Positions 20,086 through 28,811 of a stretch of DNA of 64,000 bases are shown piece after piece. Each line of letters begins with the position of its first letter. Within the stretch, counting starts at the first letter, position 1. Where the stretch lies: the sequence record SRR22947725_1805; one strand, given 5' to 3'. Under the pieces are notes generated by a model. It saw only the letters and a list, made by a program, of their open reading frames with translations, was not told the DNA's origin and made no database searches. Position numbers and translations under genes: made by a program.

Positions 20086-20559
20086 CTATGCGGTGAGGGT
20101 TCGCTCCATGAACACGGAATGTTCATCCTCGAGATAGCGACCAAACGCTTCGCGTGTGACGTAGCCCAACCGGGAATACAGGGACAGGGACTCGGGTTGC
20201 TTCACTCCCGTTTCCAGCCTCATGAGAAATAATCCCCACTCGATGGCGAGTGCTTCCACTTCGGCCATGAGTGCTGTGGCGATTCCCGCGCCGCGGTGAA
20301 CCTCGGAGACAAACAGGCGTTTGACCTCGGCATACCCATCCTCGCGGTAGTCCACGAGACCGATCATCCCCACAGAGGATTCGCCGAGGAAGGCACCCAA
20401 CAACACGGCATTGGTGCCGGAGAGTTCTTCTGCTGACACCAGGTGATTGGATTCAGCCGGGTAAAGAGAGCTCAAAAGAGCACTGGATTGTTCCATTAGC
20501 CCAGCGACTTCATCAGGCTGGGCTGTGCGAATAATGACGGAACCATACAGGGTATCCAT
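20086..20559 (-). CDS. GNAT family N-acetyltransferase
   Basis: EVKRLFV..HRGAGIA, LETG..Q, LY..LGY. Confidence 0.9.
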   Translation of the reverse strand: MDTLYGSVIIRTAQPDEVAGLMEQSSALLSSLYPAESNHLVSAEELSGTNAVLLGAFLGESSVGMIGLVDYREDGYAEVKRLFVSEVHRGAGIATALMAEVEALAIEWGLFLMRLETGVKQPESLSLYSRLGYVTREAFGRYLEDEHSVFMERTLTA

Positions 20560-20645
20560 CCCTTAAGCCTAGCTTCGGAGGGGAATTTTGCGCCGTAGCT
20601 CAGGCGTGTTCTCACACATCCACAAGCACCCCGGGCGCCCGCTAG

Positions 20646-20963
20646 CTAGAGCCGATCTTTTGTCGGGTCTCCTACTTCGTGTCCATACATTTCCTGAACA
20701 ACAATCTCGCCCTCAATCAGCCCGGGGAGGCCTGCCTGGATGGCCGCCACCGAAGGGGCGTTGTTGTGGACGTGCCAGTGAGCCTGGGTCGTCCACTTTT
20801 CGATCATGACCAGTTTTCCGCTGACTTCCTGGTGGAGGGCATAGAGCTCACACCCTTCTTCCTGATGAACCTGGGGAATCACGCTCTCGATGAGAGCGAT
20901 GAGCTCGTGGGTCTTTCCCGGTAGGGGCTGGAAGGATGCGATAACGATGCAGGGCTGTGGCAT
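20646..20963 (-). CDS. ABM-family putative quinol monooxygenase
   Basis: EEGCELYALH, IEKW...H pattern; 105 aa. Confidence 0.8.
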   Translation of the reverse strand: MPQPCIVIASFQPLPGKTHELIALIESVIPQVHQEEGCELYALHQEVSGKLVMIEKWTTQAHWHVHNNAPSVAAIQAGLPGLIEGEIVVQEMYGHEVGDPTKDRL

Positions 20964-21033
20964 GGCAAAAGTGTAGCTCTCCCAAACACCCCTGCGCTTC
21001 GACGACTCTCCTTGCCCGGTCTAGCATGGAGGG

Positions 21034-21207
21034 ATGCTAAATCCCTACCTGATTTCCGGTTTTCTTTCCATTGCTCTCTGGATCACCATTCGCGAGCAGG
21101 CTTTTGACGCAAACGCGACGCTGGCGTGGGTGGCCACCATCGTTTTGCTCGGTTGGGGTGGCTTTGGTATTTTTTCAACCCTCAAAAAAAAGCCGGATCA
21201 GGACTGA
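21034..21207 (+). CDS. Small 57-aa two-TM membrane protein (missed by ORF track)
   Basis: MLNPYLISGFLSIALWITIREQAFDANATLAWVATIVLLGWGGFGIFSTLKKKPDQD; TAGCAT -10 box 6 nt before ATG. Confidence 0.6.
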   Translation: MLNPYLISGFLSIALWITIREQAFDANATLAWVATIVLLGWGGFGIFSTLKKKPDQD

Positions 21208-21229
21208 CCCTTTCGACGGGGGCTTCTGG

Positions 21230-21904
21230 CTACTTTTCCAAATAGGAGACCGTGGTCTGTGTGGAAAAAGGCGGGATGGTTTCTCTCTTGCGCGCCTGGG
21301 CGTGATTGAGGGCAACCTGTGCAGAAATGAGGCCGGCGAACAGCACCGCGATGGCGAGCACGTACATGCCCACGCCGCCCCACCCACTGGGGCCTGTGGG
21401 ATCGATGAAGAAGTAGGGGTACCACTCGACACTGGGAGCTCTGAGAAGCGTTAGGCCCAGCCAGGCCACGGGGTAGGAAATACCAATCCAGACTGTCTTC
21501 CAGCCAATGCGCGGTCGGGCGCTGCGCATCACCCAATCGGTGACCAAATACACCGGAATGGTGACATGGGTGACTTCGTTGTGAAAACCAAAGTCATCGG
21601 GGCCGCGCAGCAAAGCGTTATAGACAACTCCCACGACAAAGGCGTAGGCAACGAAGTTGGCTCTGATCGTCGTATACAAAACCGTGTCTGCTTGCCTGGA
21701 TAAAGCGAGGTAACCGCCAGCTAACAGCACCACAATGTTGGAGTAGCTGGTCTGGTTGGTGAAATAGGCGAAATGCTTGCCCGGCTCGAAGGTGCCCGCT
21801 TGTACCTGATCGGTCAGCAGCACTATATAGGCGGCAACGATGGTCAACCCCGCCACGATATCGAGCCCGGCGCGAATGCGACGGGAAAGAGGAATCTGAT
21901 TCAT
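21230..21904 (-). CDS. Pr6Pr / FAR-17a-AIG1-like membrane protein
   Basis: YFTNQT, VYNALL, TH..P, WYPYFFIDP motifs. Confidence 0.8.
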   Translation of the reverse strand: MNQIPLSRRIRAGLDIVAGLTIVAAYIVLLTDQVQAGTFEPGKHFAYFTNQTSYSNIVVLLAGGYLALSRQADTVLYTTIRANFVAYAFVVGVVYNALLRGPDDFGFHNEVTHVTIPVYLVTDWVMRSARPRIGWKTVWIGISYPVAWLGLTLLRAPSVEWYPYFFIDPTGPSGWGGVGMYVLAIAVLFAGLISAQVALNHAQARKRETIPPFSTQTTVSYLEK

Positions 21905-21985
21905 GGCGTTACTCCCTCGCACTTTTCCGGGGCACATCGGGGACCTTTGTTGGCCCGCTCGCAGGATAAAAACTACGCTTGCTGC

Positions 21986-22786
21986 ATGCCTGAAGAATCT
22001 ACCGGAATATTTGACCTTGTCACCGGCTTGCCGCTGCACCCCCTCATTAACCACGTTGTGGTGGTGATGGTTCCCCTTGCCGTTGTGACCATGGTTCTGG
22101 TGATTATTGTGCCGAGGCTGCGGAGGGCATTTGTGCCCGTGGGACTGGTCTTTTCTTTTCTGGCCGCAGTTTCAGCGTTTATCGCTGAGAAATCGGGAGA
22201 AGCACTTCAATCGAGAGTCGGCTCGCCAGGTGAACATGCCGAGCTCGGGGAAAATGTTGTTCCGGTAGCCATCGGTTTTGCCGTGGTCGCGCTGGTCTGG
22301 GCTGTCGTAGTGAGGGCGGAAAACCCCGTTGTTCGATGGATTTCCCGGGCGCTTGCCGTCATTGTTGTGGGACTAGGGGCAGTTCTGACCACCTTCACCG
22401 TGTTGGCAGGCCACTCCGGCGCTGCCGCCACTTGGGAGCCTCGTATTGCACAAGAGGTGAGTGCGCCAACCGAGACTTCTGGCCAGGTGGAATCAACCCC
22501 GGCTGAGCCCATCGCAGCGTCGGTCCCTGAGTCTGCGCCAGCCGTTTACACGATGGAGCTGGTTGCCCAAAACGCCGGTGCGACACGTTGTTGGAGCGTG
22601 ATTGACGGTGTTGTGTATGACTTCACCACCTGGATTGATTCCCACCCCGGTGGGGCGAGAGACATTCTCGATGTGTGAGGCATTGATGGCACCGATGCTT
22701 TCAACAGTGAACATGCCAGGGACCGCAAAGCGCAGATGACCGCCGAGGAATACGCGTTGGGCGCTCTGGGCGACCCACTCAACTAG
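21986..22786 (+). CDS. DUF2231-like membrane domain + cytochrome b5-like heme domain; in-frame TGA at 22676-22678 (nonsense lesion, error or readthrough)
   Basis: GLPLHPLINH, HAELG, GHSGA; CWSVIDGVVYDFT..HPGG; the frame continues past TGA as GIDGTDAF..EH.. to TAG at 22786. Confidence 0.75.
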
Positions 22787-22801
22787 CCCCGCGCAGAGCT
22801 C

Positions 22802-24016
22802 TTAGGGCTCGCTAGCGATGGTGGCGATAGGAACCGTGTCCGGAATGGGGGAGGGATCTTTTCCTCGAAGGTCAGGGTGGGCCTTCACAAAAACACTGGC
22901 CACGATGGTGCCGAGAAGCGCGAAACACGCTGCTGCAAGGAAACCCCCGAGCGATCCGAAACCATCGATGGCAAACCCCGCGATAGCGGAACCCAGTGCC
23001 GCGCCCACCAGTTGGCCCGAACCCATCCAGCCATAAGCCTCGGCAGTTTCGGAGAACTTCACACTCGAAGACACGATCGCGAACATCACTGCTAGAGCGG
23101 GGGCGATTCCTGCTCCAGCGATGAGCAGTGCGAAGGAGATCCACCAGAAGTCCAGGATGAGGCCCGCCAGCGCAATTCCGATGAAGACAACGGCCATCCT
23201 GGTCGCTAGCGCCCAGGGCCCAATGGGAAGTCCCCCCAGCGCTAGCCCGCCGATGATGGAGCCAAAGGCCCAAATAGCCAAGACGTACCCTGCCTGAGCT
23301 CCCTGCTCACCAAAGACCGATACAACGGCGACCTCGACGGCAGCGGCCGCGCCGATGAGAAGGAATCCGACCACGGTGGCAAGCAGAACCGCTGGCTTGT
23401 TCAACACCACGCCCAGTTTGCTTCGACTAGGGGGGATGGTGACCGTTCCAACCTCGCGGCAGGAAAGGAACCACGCTCCGCCCCCGATAAGGAAAACCCC
23501 GGCGACCATGATGGCCCAGGTGGTGGAAATTTGTGTGGCAACAAAGGTGGTGATCACCGGCCCCGCAATCCAGATGATTTCTTGGGCTGAAGCGTCGAGG
23601 GAAAATAGCGGGGTGAGTTGTTTGGAATTCACCATGGTGGGGTAGATCGTGCGAACTGCGGGCTGGATGGGCGGGGTCGAAAGACCGCCGATAAAGCCGA
23701 TGGCGATATATCCACCGAGGGGGAACTGACCAAACGCAATGCCTGCCATGGCCAGCAAAGATATGACGATCGTGAGGGTGATGACCGGCCGCATGGCCCA
23801 GTAGCCCATCCAGCGCGATGTGAGGGGGCCTGCCAGTGCTTGCCCCAGGCTGGTGGCGGCGAGCACGAGGCCTGCGAGGCCATAAGAATCAAAGATGTGC
23901 TCGATGTGGAGAAGGTAGGCCAGGGACAGCATCCCGGAGGGAAGCCTGGCGGTGAGCTGTGCGGAAATAATCGCGGCGACACCCCGAGTTTTCAACAGGT
24001 CAGCATACTTTTTCAC
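22802..24016 (-). CDS. MFS transporter
   Basis: About 12 TM; ARLP, GP..SRW, QEIIW..GP. Confidence 0.88.
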   Translation of the reverse strand: MKKYADLLKTRGVAAIISAQLTARLPSGMLSLAYLLHIEHIFDSYGLAGLVLAATSLGQALAGPLTSRWMGYWAMRPVITLTIVISLLAMAGIAFGQFPLGGYIAIGFIGGLSTPPIQPAVRTIYPTMVNSKQLTPLFSLDASAQEIIWIAGPVITTFVATQISTTWAIMVAGVFLIGGGAWFLSCREVGTVTIPPSRSKLGVVLNKPAVLLATVVGFLLIGAAAAVEVAVVSVFGEQGAQAGYVLAIWAFGSIIGGLALGGLPIGPWALATRMAVVFIGIALAGLILDFWWISFALLIAGAGIAPALAVMFAIVSSSVKFSETAEAYGWMGSGQLVGAALGSAIAGFAIDGFGSLGGFLAAACFALLGTIVASVFVKAHPDLRGKDPSPIPDTVPIATIASEP

Positions 24017-24099
24017 AGTCTGACCAGCCTATTGCCGGGCGGGGGTGTCAGAGGTGCCTGAAACAGTGGCCATTGGGCGAGTAAAAATATGCCCCGGCC

Positions 24100-24138
24100 T
24101 GTGGATAACCCCGCGAAGTTGTCCACAGCTGTGGATGA
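24100..24138. promoter_or_regulatory. Three DnaA boxes upstream of nrdA
   Basis: TGTGGATAA (24100-24108), TTGTCCACA (24119-24127), TGTGGATGA (24130-24138). Confidence 0.7.
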
Positions 24139-24143
24139 CACGC

Positions 24144-24191
24144 CCACAAGATATGGTGTCTAGGATTTGTCAGGACCGGCATATATAGTGG
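24144..24191. promoter_or_regulatory. Tandem NrdR boxes
   Basis: CCACAAGATATGGTGT (24144-24159) and CCGGCATATATAGTGG (24176-24191), starts 32 bp apart, fit acaCwAtATaTwGtg. Confidence 0.8.
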
Positions 24192-24298
24192 TCAAGCTGT
24201 CACAAAGAAAAGTGCCCTCTGAGCACCGTGCGGGACAGAAAAATAATCAAATAGCCGAAAAATAGTGGTCCCCAGAGGGAAACGCAGAGGAGAAAAAA

Positions 24299-26761
24299 AT
24301 GAGCATCATGGTGGTGAAGCGCAACGGTGAGCGAGAGCCCTACGACGCTAACAAAATAAACTTGGCCATCGAGCGCGTGGCGGAAGGTCTGGAAGACTCC
24401 ATTGCCTGGGTGACCCAGATCGCCAGCGAGCTGGAACTGACACTTTTCGATGGCATCACTACCCAGCAGCTCGACGAGGCGGTCATTCAGGTCGCTCTGC
24501 AGAACGTCAAGGATGACCCTGCTTTCGATGTTGTTGCAGCCCGCCTGCTGGTGAAGACCATCTACAAGAGTGTCCTCGGCGACTACACCTCCCCCGAAGA
24601 GCTCAAAGCCCTGCACGTTCAGCACTTTGAAGAAAACGTGAGGCGCGGGGTTGAGGAAGGTCTGCTGGACGAGCGTCTCGTCCAGATGTTTGATTTCGAC
24701 ACCCTCGCAGCGGCCCTGGAGCCCAGCCGTGATGACCTCTTCAAGTACATCGGTGTTGTCACCCTCAACAACCGCTACGGCGTTAAAGGCCGCAACGGTG
24801 ACCCCCTAGAGGTTCCCCAGTACTTCTGGATGCGGATCGCCATGGGCCTGTCTTTGAACGAAAAAGACCCCACCAGGCACGCGCTGACATTTTACGAAAA
24901 AATGTCGAAGCTCGAATATTTGGCAGCCGGTTCCACCCTGGTTAACGGTGGCACCAGCTACCCCCAGCTTGCCAACTGCTTCGTTATGGAAATGCAGGAC
25001 GACATTGAGCACATCGCGAAGACCACTCGCGATGTCATGTGGCTGACCAAGGGCACCGGTGGGATCGGGCTGGCCGTGACCAAGTTGCGCGCGCAAGGTT
25101 CCCCCATCCGCTCCAACAACACCAGCTCGACCGGCCCCATCCCCTTCATGCACACCATTGACTCGGTGCTCCGTGCCGTGAGCCGTGGCGGCAAGAAGTT
25201 TGGAGCACTGTGCTTCTACATGGAGAACTGGCACATGGATTTCCCCGAGTTCCTCGACCTTCGCGCGAACTCTGGAGATCCTTACCGTCGCACCCGCACG
25301 GCCAACACCGCCGTGTGGATTTCTGATGAATTTATGAAGCGCGTCGAAAACGATGAGCCCTGGTATCTCTTTGACCCCCTCGAGGTCGCCGACCTCAACG
25401 AGCTCTATGGCTCGGCTTTCTCCAAGCGCTATGCGGAATATGTCGAAATGGCAGAAGCCGGCAAGCTCGGCATGTTCAAGAAAATGGGCGCCAAGGAGCA
25501 GTTCAAAGCCATCCTCGTTTCTCTGCAGGGCTCCAGCCACCCGTGGCTGACCTGGAAAGACACGATCAACAACCGTGCCATCAACAACAACTCCGGCACC
25601 ATCCACCTCTCCAACCTCTGTACGGAGATCTGCTTGCCGCAAGACGTGGATAACGTCTCGGTCTGTAACCTCGCTTCCATCAACCTCTCCCAGCACGTGG
25701 TGGATGGCAAGATGGATTGGGTCAAAATCGAAGAGAGCGCTCGCGTTGCGGTCCGCCAGCTCGACAACCTGATCGACATCACTCGTTCCAGCGTTGCCGA
25801 GGCCGACTACTCAAATGAACAAAACCGCGCCGTGGGTCTCGGCGTGATGGGCTTCACTGATGTGATCGAGCGCTTTGGCCACAGCTATGAAAGCGAAGAG
25901 GCCTACGACCTCATCGACGAAATCATGGAGCATGTGTCCTATGCGGCCATTGATGAGTCAGCGAACCTCGCTGTGGAGCGCGGTTCCTACGCCAACTTCG
26001 AAGGGTCACGCTGGTCGCAGGGGATTGTTCCTCTCGACACCGTGGACATGACCGAAGCGGACCGCGGCGTTCCCGTCGAGGTCAACCGGACTACGCGTCT
26101 GGACTGGGATCGTCTGCGGGAGAAAGTCAAGGGCGGTATGCGTAACGCCACCCTGATGGCTATCGCTCCAACAGCATCCATCGGGCTTGTTGCTGGAACA
26201 ACTCCGGGACTTGACCCACAGTTCTCTCAGATCTTTAGCCGCTCAACCAGCTCGGGTAAGTTCTTGGAAGTCAACCGCAACCTGGTGGAAGCACTCCGTG
26301 AGCGCGGCCTCTGGGAATCCACCCGTGAGGACATTCTTCGCAACCAGGGTGACATCCAGAACATCGACTCGATTCCCGCTGAAATGAAGGAAACCTTCAA
26401 AACCAGCTTCCAGCTCTCGCCCTACTCGTTCCTTGAGGTGGCAGCCAGAGCACAGAAATGGATTGACCAGGCGATCAGCCGCAACATGTATCTGGAAACC
26501 AGGGACATCGATGACCTGATGTCTATCTACACCGGCGCGTGGAAGCGCGGCGTGAAGACCACCTATTACCTGCACATGAAGCCCCGTCATACGGCAGAGC
26601 AGTCCACGGTAAAGGTCAACAAGTCAGAGCAGATCAACGGCTCGGGTTCCTCCGCCCCCAAGAAGGGCTTTGGATCCACGAGCGCTGCGGAGCCAGTTGC
26701 GGCAGCCGCAAGCCCGAAAAAGGGCTTCGGTTTCGGCGGCGCACCGAAGGCAGGCGAGTAA
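24299..26761 (+). CDS. nrdA: Ribonucleoside-diphosphate reductase alpha subunit with N-terminal ATP cone; lacks C-terminal CxxC
   Basis: VVKRNG ATP cone, ANCF, SNLCTEI, VCNLAS, APTASI, TTYY; ends KKGFGFGGAPKAGE with no Cys. Confidence 0.95.
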   Translation: MSIMVVKRNGEREPYDANKINLAIERVAEGLEDSIAWVTQIASELELTLFDGITTQQLDEAVIQVALQNVKDDPAFDVVAARLLVKTIYKSVLGDYTSPEELKALHVQHFEENVRRGVEEGLLDERLVQMFDFDTLAAALEPSRDDLFKYIGVVTLNNRYGVKGRNGDPLEVPQYFWMRIAMGLSLNEKDPTRHALTFYEKMSKLEYLAAGSTLVNGGTSYPQLANCFVMEMQDDIEHIAKTTRDVMWLTKGTGGIGLAVTKLRAQGSPIRSNNTSSTGPIPFMHTIDSVLRAVSRGGKKFGALCFYMENWHMDFPEFLDLRANSGDPYRRTRTANTAVWISDEFMKRVENDEPWYLFDPLEVADLNELYGSAFSKRYAEYVEMAEAGKLGMFKKMGAKEQFKAILVSLQGSSHPWLTWKDTINNRAINNNSGTIHLSNLCTEICLPQDVDNVSVCNLASINLSQHVVDGKMDWVKIEESARVAVRQLDNLIDITRSSVAEADYSNEQNRAVGLGVMGFTDVIERFGHSYESEEAYDLIDEIMEHVSYAAIDESANLAVERGSYANFEGSRWSQGIVPLDTVDMTEADRGVPVEVNRTTRLDWDRLREKVKGGMRNATLMAIAPTASIGLVAGTTPGLDPQFSQIFSRSTSSGKFLEVNRNLVEALRERGLWESTREDILRNQGDIQNIDSIPAEMKETFKTSFQLSPYSFLEVAARAQKWIDQAISRNMYLETRDIDDLMSIYTGAWKRGVKTTYYLHMKPRHTAEQSTVKVNKSEQINGSGSSAPKKGFGSTSAAEPVAAAASPKKGFGFGGAPKAGE

Positions 26762-26847
26762 TGGATTCGATGACCGACACCACCGTCGGGGGTTACTCCG
26801 TGCCGGTGGACCCCATGGATCTGTTGCAGTGCGACAGCTGCCAGTAA
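26761..26847 (+). CDS. 28-aa stand-alone peptide equivalent to the NrdA C-terminal redox tail (..PVDPMDLLQCDSCQ)
   Basis: ATG overlaps the nrdA stop (TAATG); ends CDSCQ-stop like NrdA CxxC tails; lies between nrdA and nrdB. Confidence 0.75.
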   Translation: MDSMTDTTVGGYSVPVDPMDLLQCDSCQ

Positions 26848-26890
26848 AACCTCAACAACTACCTCATCAACACGAACTAAGGAGCACGTA

Positions 26891-27874
26891 ATGGGCATTC
26901 TCGGACAGGGCGTACAAGAAGGACTTCTTCTCAAGCCCGTGAAATACCAGTGGGCCATGGACCTCTACGACCAGGCTGTTGCCAACACCTGGTTCCCCAA
27001 CGAAATTCAGTTGGGCGAGGACATCGCAGACTTCAAGAAGATGACGGATGAAGAACGTCACGCCATTACCTTCTTGATGAGCTACTTCAACCCCAGCGAG
27101 CTGTTGGTCAACAAGGCCCTCGCCTTCGGTGTCTACCCCTACATCAACGCTCCCGAGGCGCACCTCTACCTCGCCAAGCAGATGTGGGAAGAAGCCAACC
27201 ACTGCATGAGCTTCGAATATGTGCTGGAAACCTTCCCCATCGACCGCGAAAAGGCTTACGCCTCCCACGTTGATGTTCCTTCGATGGCCCGCAAGGAAGA
27301 CTTTGAGGTCAAGTTCATCCAGCGGATGACGGAAGAAACCATCGATATCACCACCACCGAAGGTAAGCAAGACTTCGTGCGCAACCTCGTTGCCTACAAC
27401 GTCATCCTCGAGGGCATCTGGTTCTACTCAGGCTTCATGGTTGCTCTGAGCTTCCGCCAGCGCAACCTGTTGCGTAACTTCGGATCCCTCGTGGACTGGA
27501 TTGTCCGGGACGAGAGCCTCCACTTGAAGTTTGGAATCAACCTGATTCTGACCGTTTTGGAAGAAAACCCCGATCTGCAGACTCCTGAGTTCGCAGCGGA
27601 AATTCGCCAGATGATCATTGACGCGGTGGAGATGGAAGAGGCGTACAACCACGACCTGCTTCCCGGTGGGATCCTCGGGCTGAACGCCAACTACATCAAC
27701 CAGTACGTGAAGTACTTGGCGGACCGTCGTTTGGAAGAGCTGGGCTTTGAGACCGAATACAACGTGTCGAACCCTGCAAAGTGGATGGCCACCGCGAACG
27801 ACACTTTGCAGTTGGTGAACTTCTTCGAATCCACTAACACTTCCTACGAAGTCAACGCGACTTCTTCGAAGTAG
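26891..27874 (+). CDS. nrdB: Ribonucleotide reductase beta subunit, class Ic (R2c)-like
   Basis: Ligand motifs SELLV, EEANH, LEGIWFYSGF, RDESLH, C-terminal NFFE..Y; Phe at the tyrosyl-radical site; AAGGAG SD. Confidence 0.93.
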   Translation: MGILGQGVQEGLLLKPVKYQWAMDLYDQAVANTWFPNEIQLGEDIADFKKMTDEERHAITFLMSYFNPSELLVNKALAFGVYPYINAPEAHLYLAKQMWEEANHCMSFEYVLETFPIDREKAYASHVDVPSMARKEDFEVKFIQRMTEETIDITTTEGKQDFVRNLVAYNVILEGIWFYSGFMVALSFRQRNLLRNFGSLVDWIVRDESLHLKFGINLILTVLEENPDLQTPEFAAEIRQMIIDAVEMEEAYNHDLLPGGILGLNANYINQYVKYLADRRLEELGFETEYNVSNPAKWMATANDTLQLVNFFESTNTSYEVNATSSK

Positions 27875-27898
27875 CATCAACAGCCACACCAGCGTTAG

Positions 27899-27939
27899 AG
27901 GAGGAGGCAGCACTGCTGTCTCCTCCTTCTGCTTTCTTT
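27899..27939 (+). terminator. Intrinsic terminator after nrdB
   Basis: AGGAGGAGGCAGC-ACT-GCTGTCTCCTCCT hairpin followed by a T-rich tail. Confidence 0.75.
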
Positions 27940-27968
27940 AGTGAATGAAAACGTGTGAGGATAGCCGT

Positions 27969-28811
27969 ATGAAAACTCCCGCAAACCAGCTGTGCTTAAC
28001 CCTCAACACTGGGGATCAGATCCCGCAACTCGGGCTTGGCGTATTCAAAGTTGACGATAACGAGTGTGAACGCGTCGTCCTCGATGCGCTTGAGGTCGGC
28101 TATCGCCACATCGACACCGCCATGATTTATCTCAACGAAGCAGCCGTTGGCCGCGCCATCGCTGCCAGTGGTATTCCACGCGAAGAACTCTTCGTCACCA
28201 CCAAGCTCTGGAACTCGGATCAGGGCAGCGACAGCGCGGCGAAGGCCCTAGACACCTCGCTGGAATTGCTCGGTCTTGACTACGTGGACCTCTACCTGAT
28301 TCACTGGCCAGCGCCTCTTCGGGAAAAGTATGTCGAGACCTGGTTGGACATGGAGAAGTTCGCCGCCCAGGGTCTCGCAAAAGCCGTAGGGGTCTCCAAC
28401 TTTGAACCTGAGCACTTAGAGAAAATTCTTGACGCCGGAAGCATCGTTCCCGCCATCAACCAGGTGGAACTCCACCCCGCTTTCCAACAGCGCAAGGTCC
28501 GCGCCTTTGGGGAAGAAAAAGGCATCCTGACCGAAGCCTGGGGCCCTCTGGGTCAGGGAAAATATGAGCTCGCCGAGTTGCCAGGATTGAACGAGATTGC
28601 CGCGAAGCATGACAAAACCATCCAACAGGTGGTGTTGCGCTGGCACCTGCAAGAAGGGGTAATCGTGTTCCCCAAGAGCGTTCGGAAAGAGCGGATGGCA
28701 GAAAACTTGGACGTCTTCAACTTTGCGTTGGATGCAGAAGATATGACGGCCATGGTTGCGATGGATTCGGGTCGGAGGGTTGGAACCCACCCCGATGATG
28801 GCAACTGGTAA
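27969..28811 (+). CDS. Aldo/keto reductase (DkgA-like)
   Basis: [37 protein letters not shown]. Confidence 0.93.
   Translation: MKTPANQLCLTLNTGDQIPQLGLGVFKVDDNECERVVLDALEVGYRHIDTAMIYLNEAAVGRAIAASGIPREELFVTTKLWNSDQGSDSAAKALDTSLELLGLDYVDLYLIHWPAPLREKYVETWLDMEKFAAQGLAKAVGVSNFEPEHLEKILDAGSIVPAINQVELHPAFQQRKVRAFGEEKGILTEAWGPLGQGKYELAELPGLNEIAAKHDKTIQQVVLRWHLQEGVIVFPKSVRKERMAENLDVFNFALDAEDMTAMVAMDSGRRVGTHPDDGNW

Noticed and set aside
24046-24068. PafBC/RecA-NDp-like promoter (TGTCAG-N10-AACAGT)
   Set aside because: The -10 part lacks the conserved TA; too weak to call.
24100-24138. Replication origin
   Set aside because: Only three DnaA boxes, no dnaA/dnaN context and no extended AT-rich unwinding element; better explained as nrd promoter control.
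26539-26760. ORF-track 102-aa ORF (26539-26847) as a whole gene
   Set aside because: The first 74 codons overlap nrdA out of frame and look like shadow sequence; only the last 28 codons from ATG 26761 are credible.
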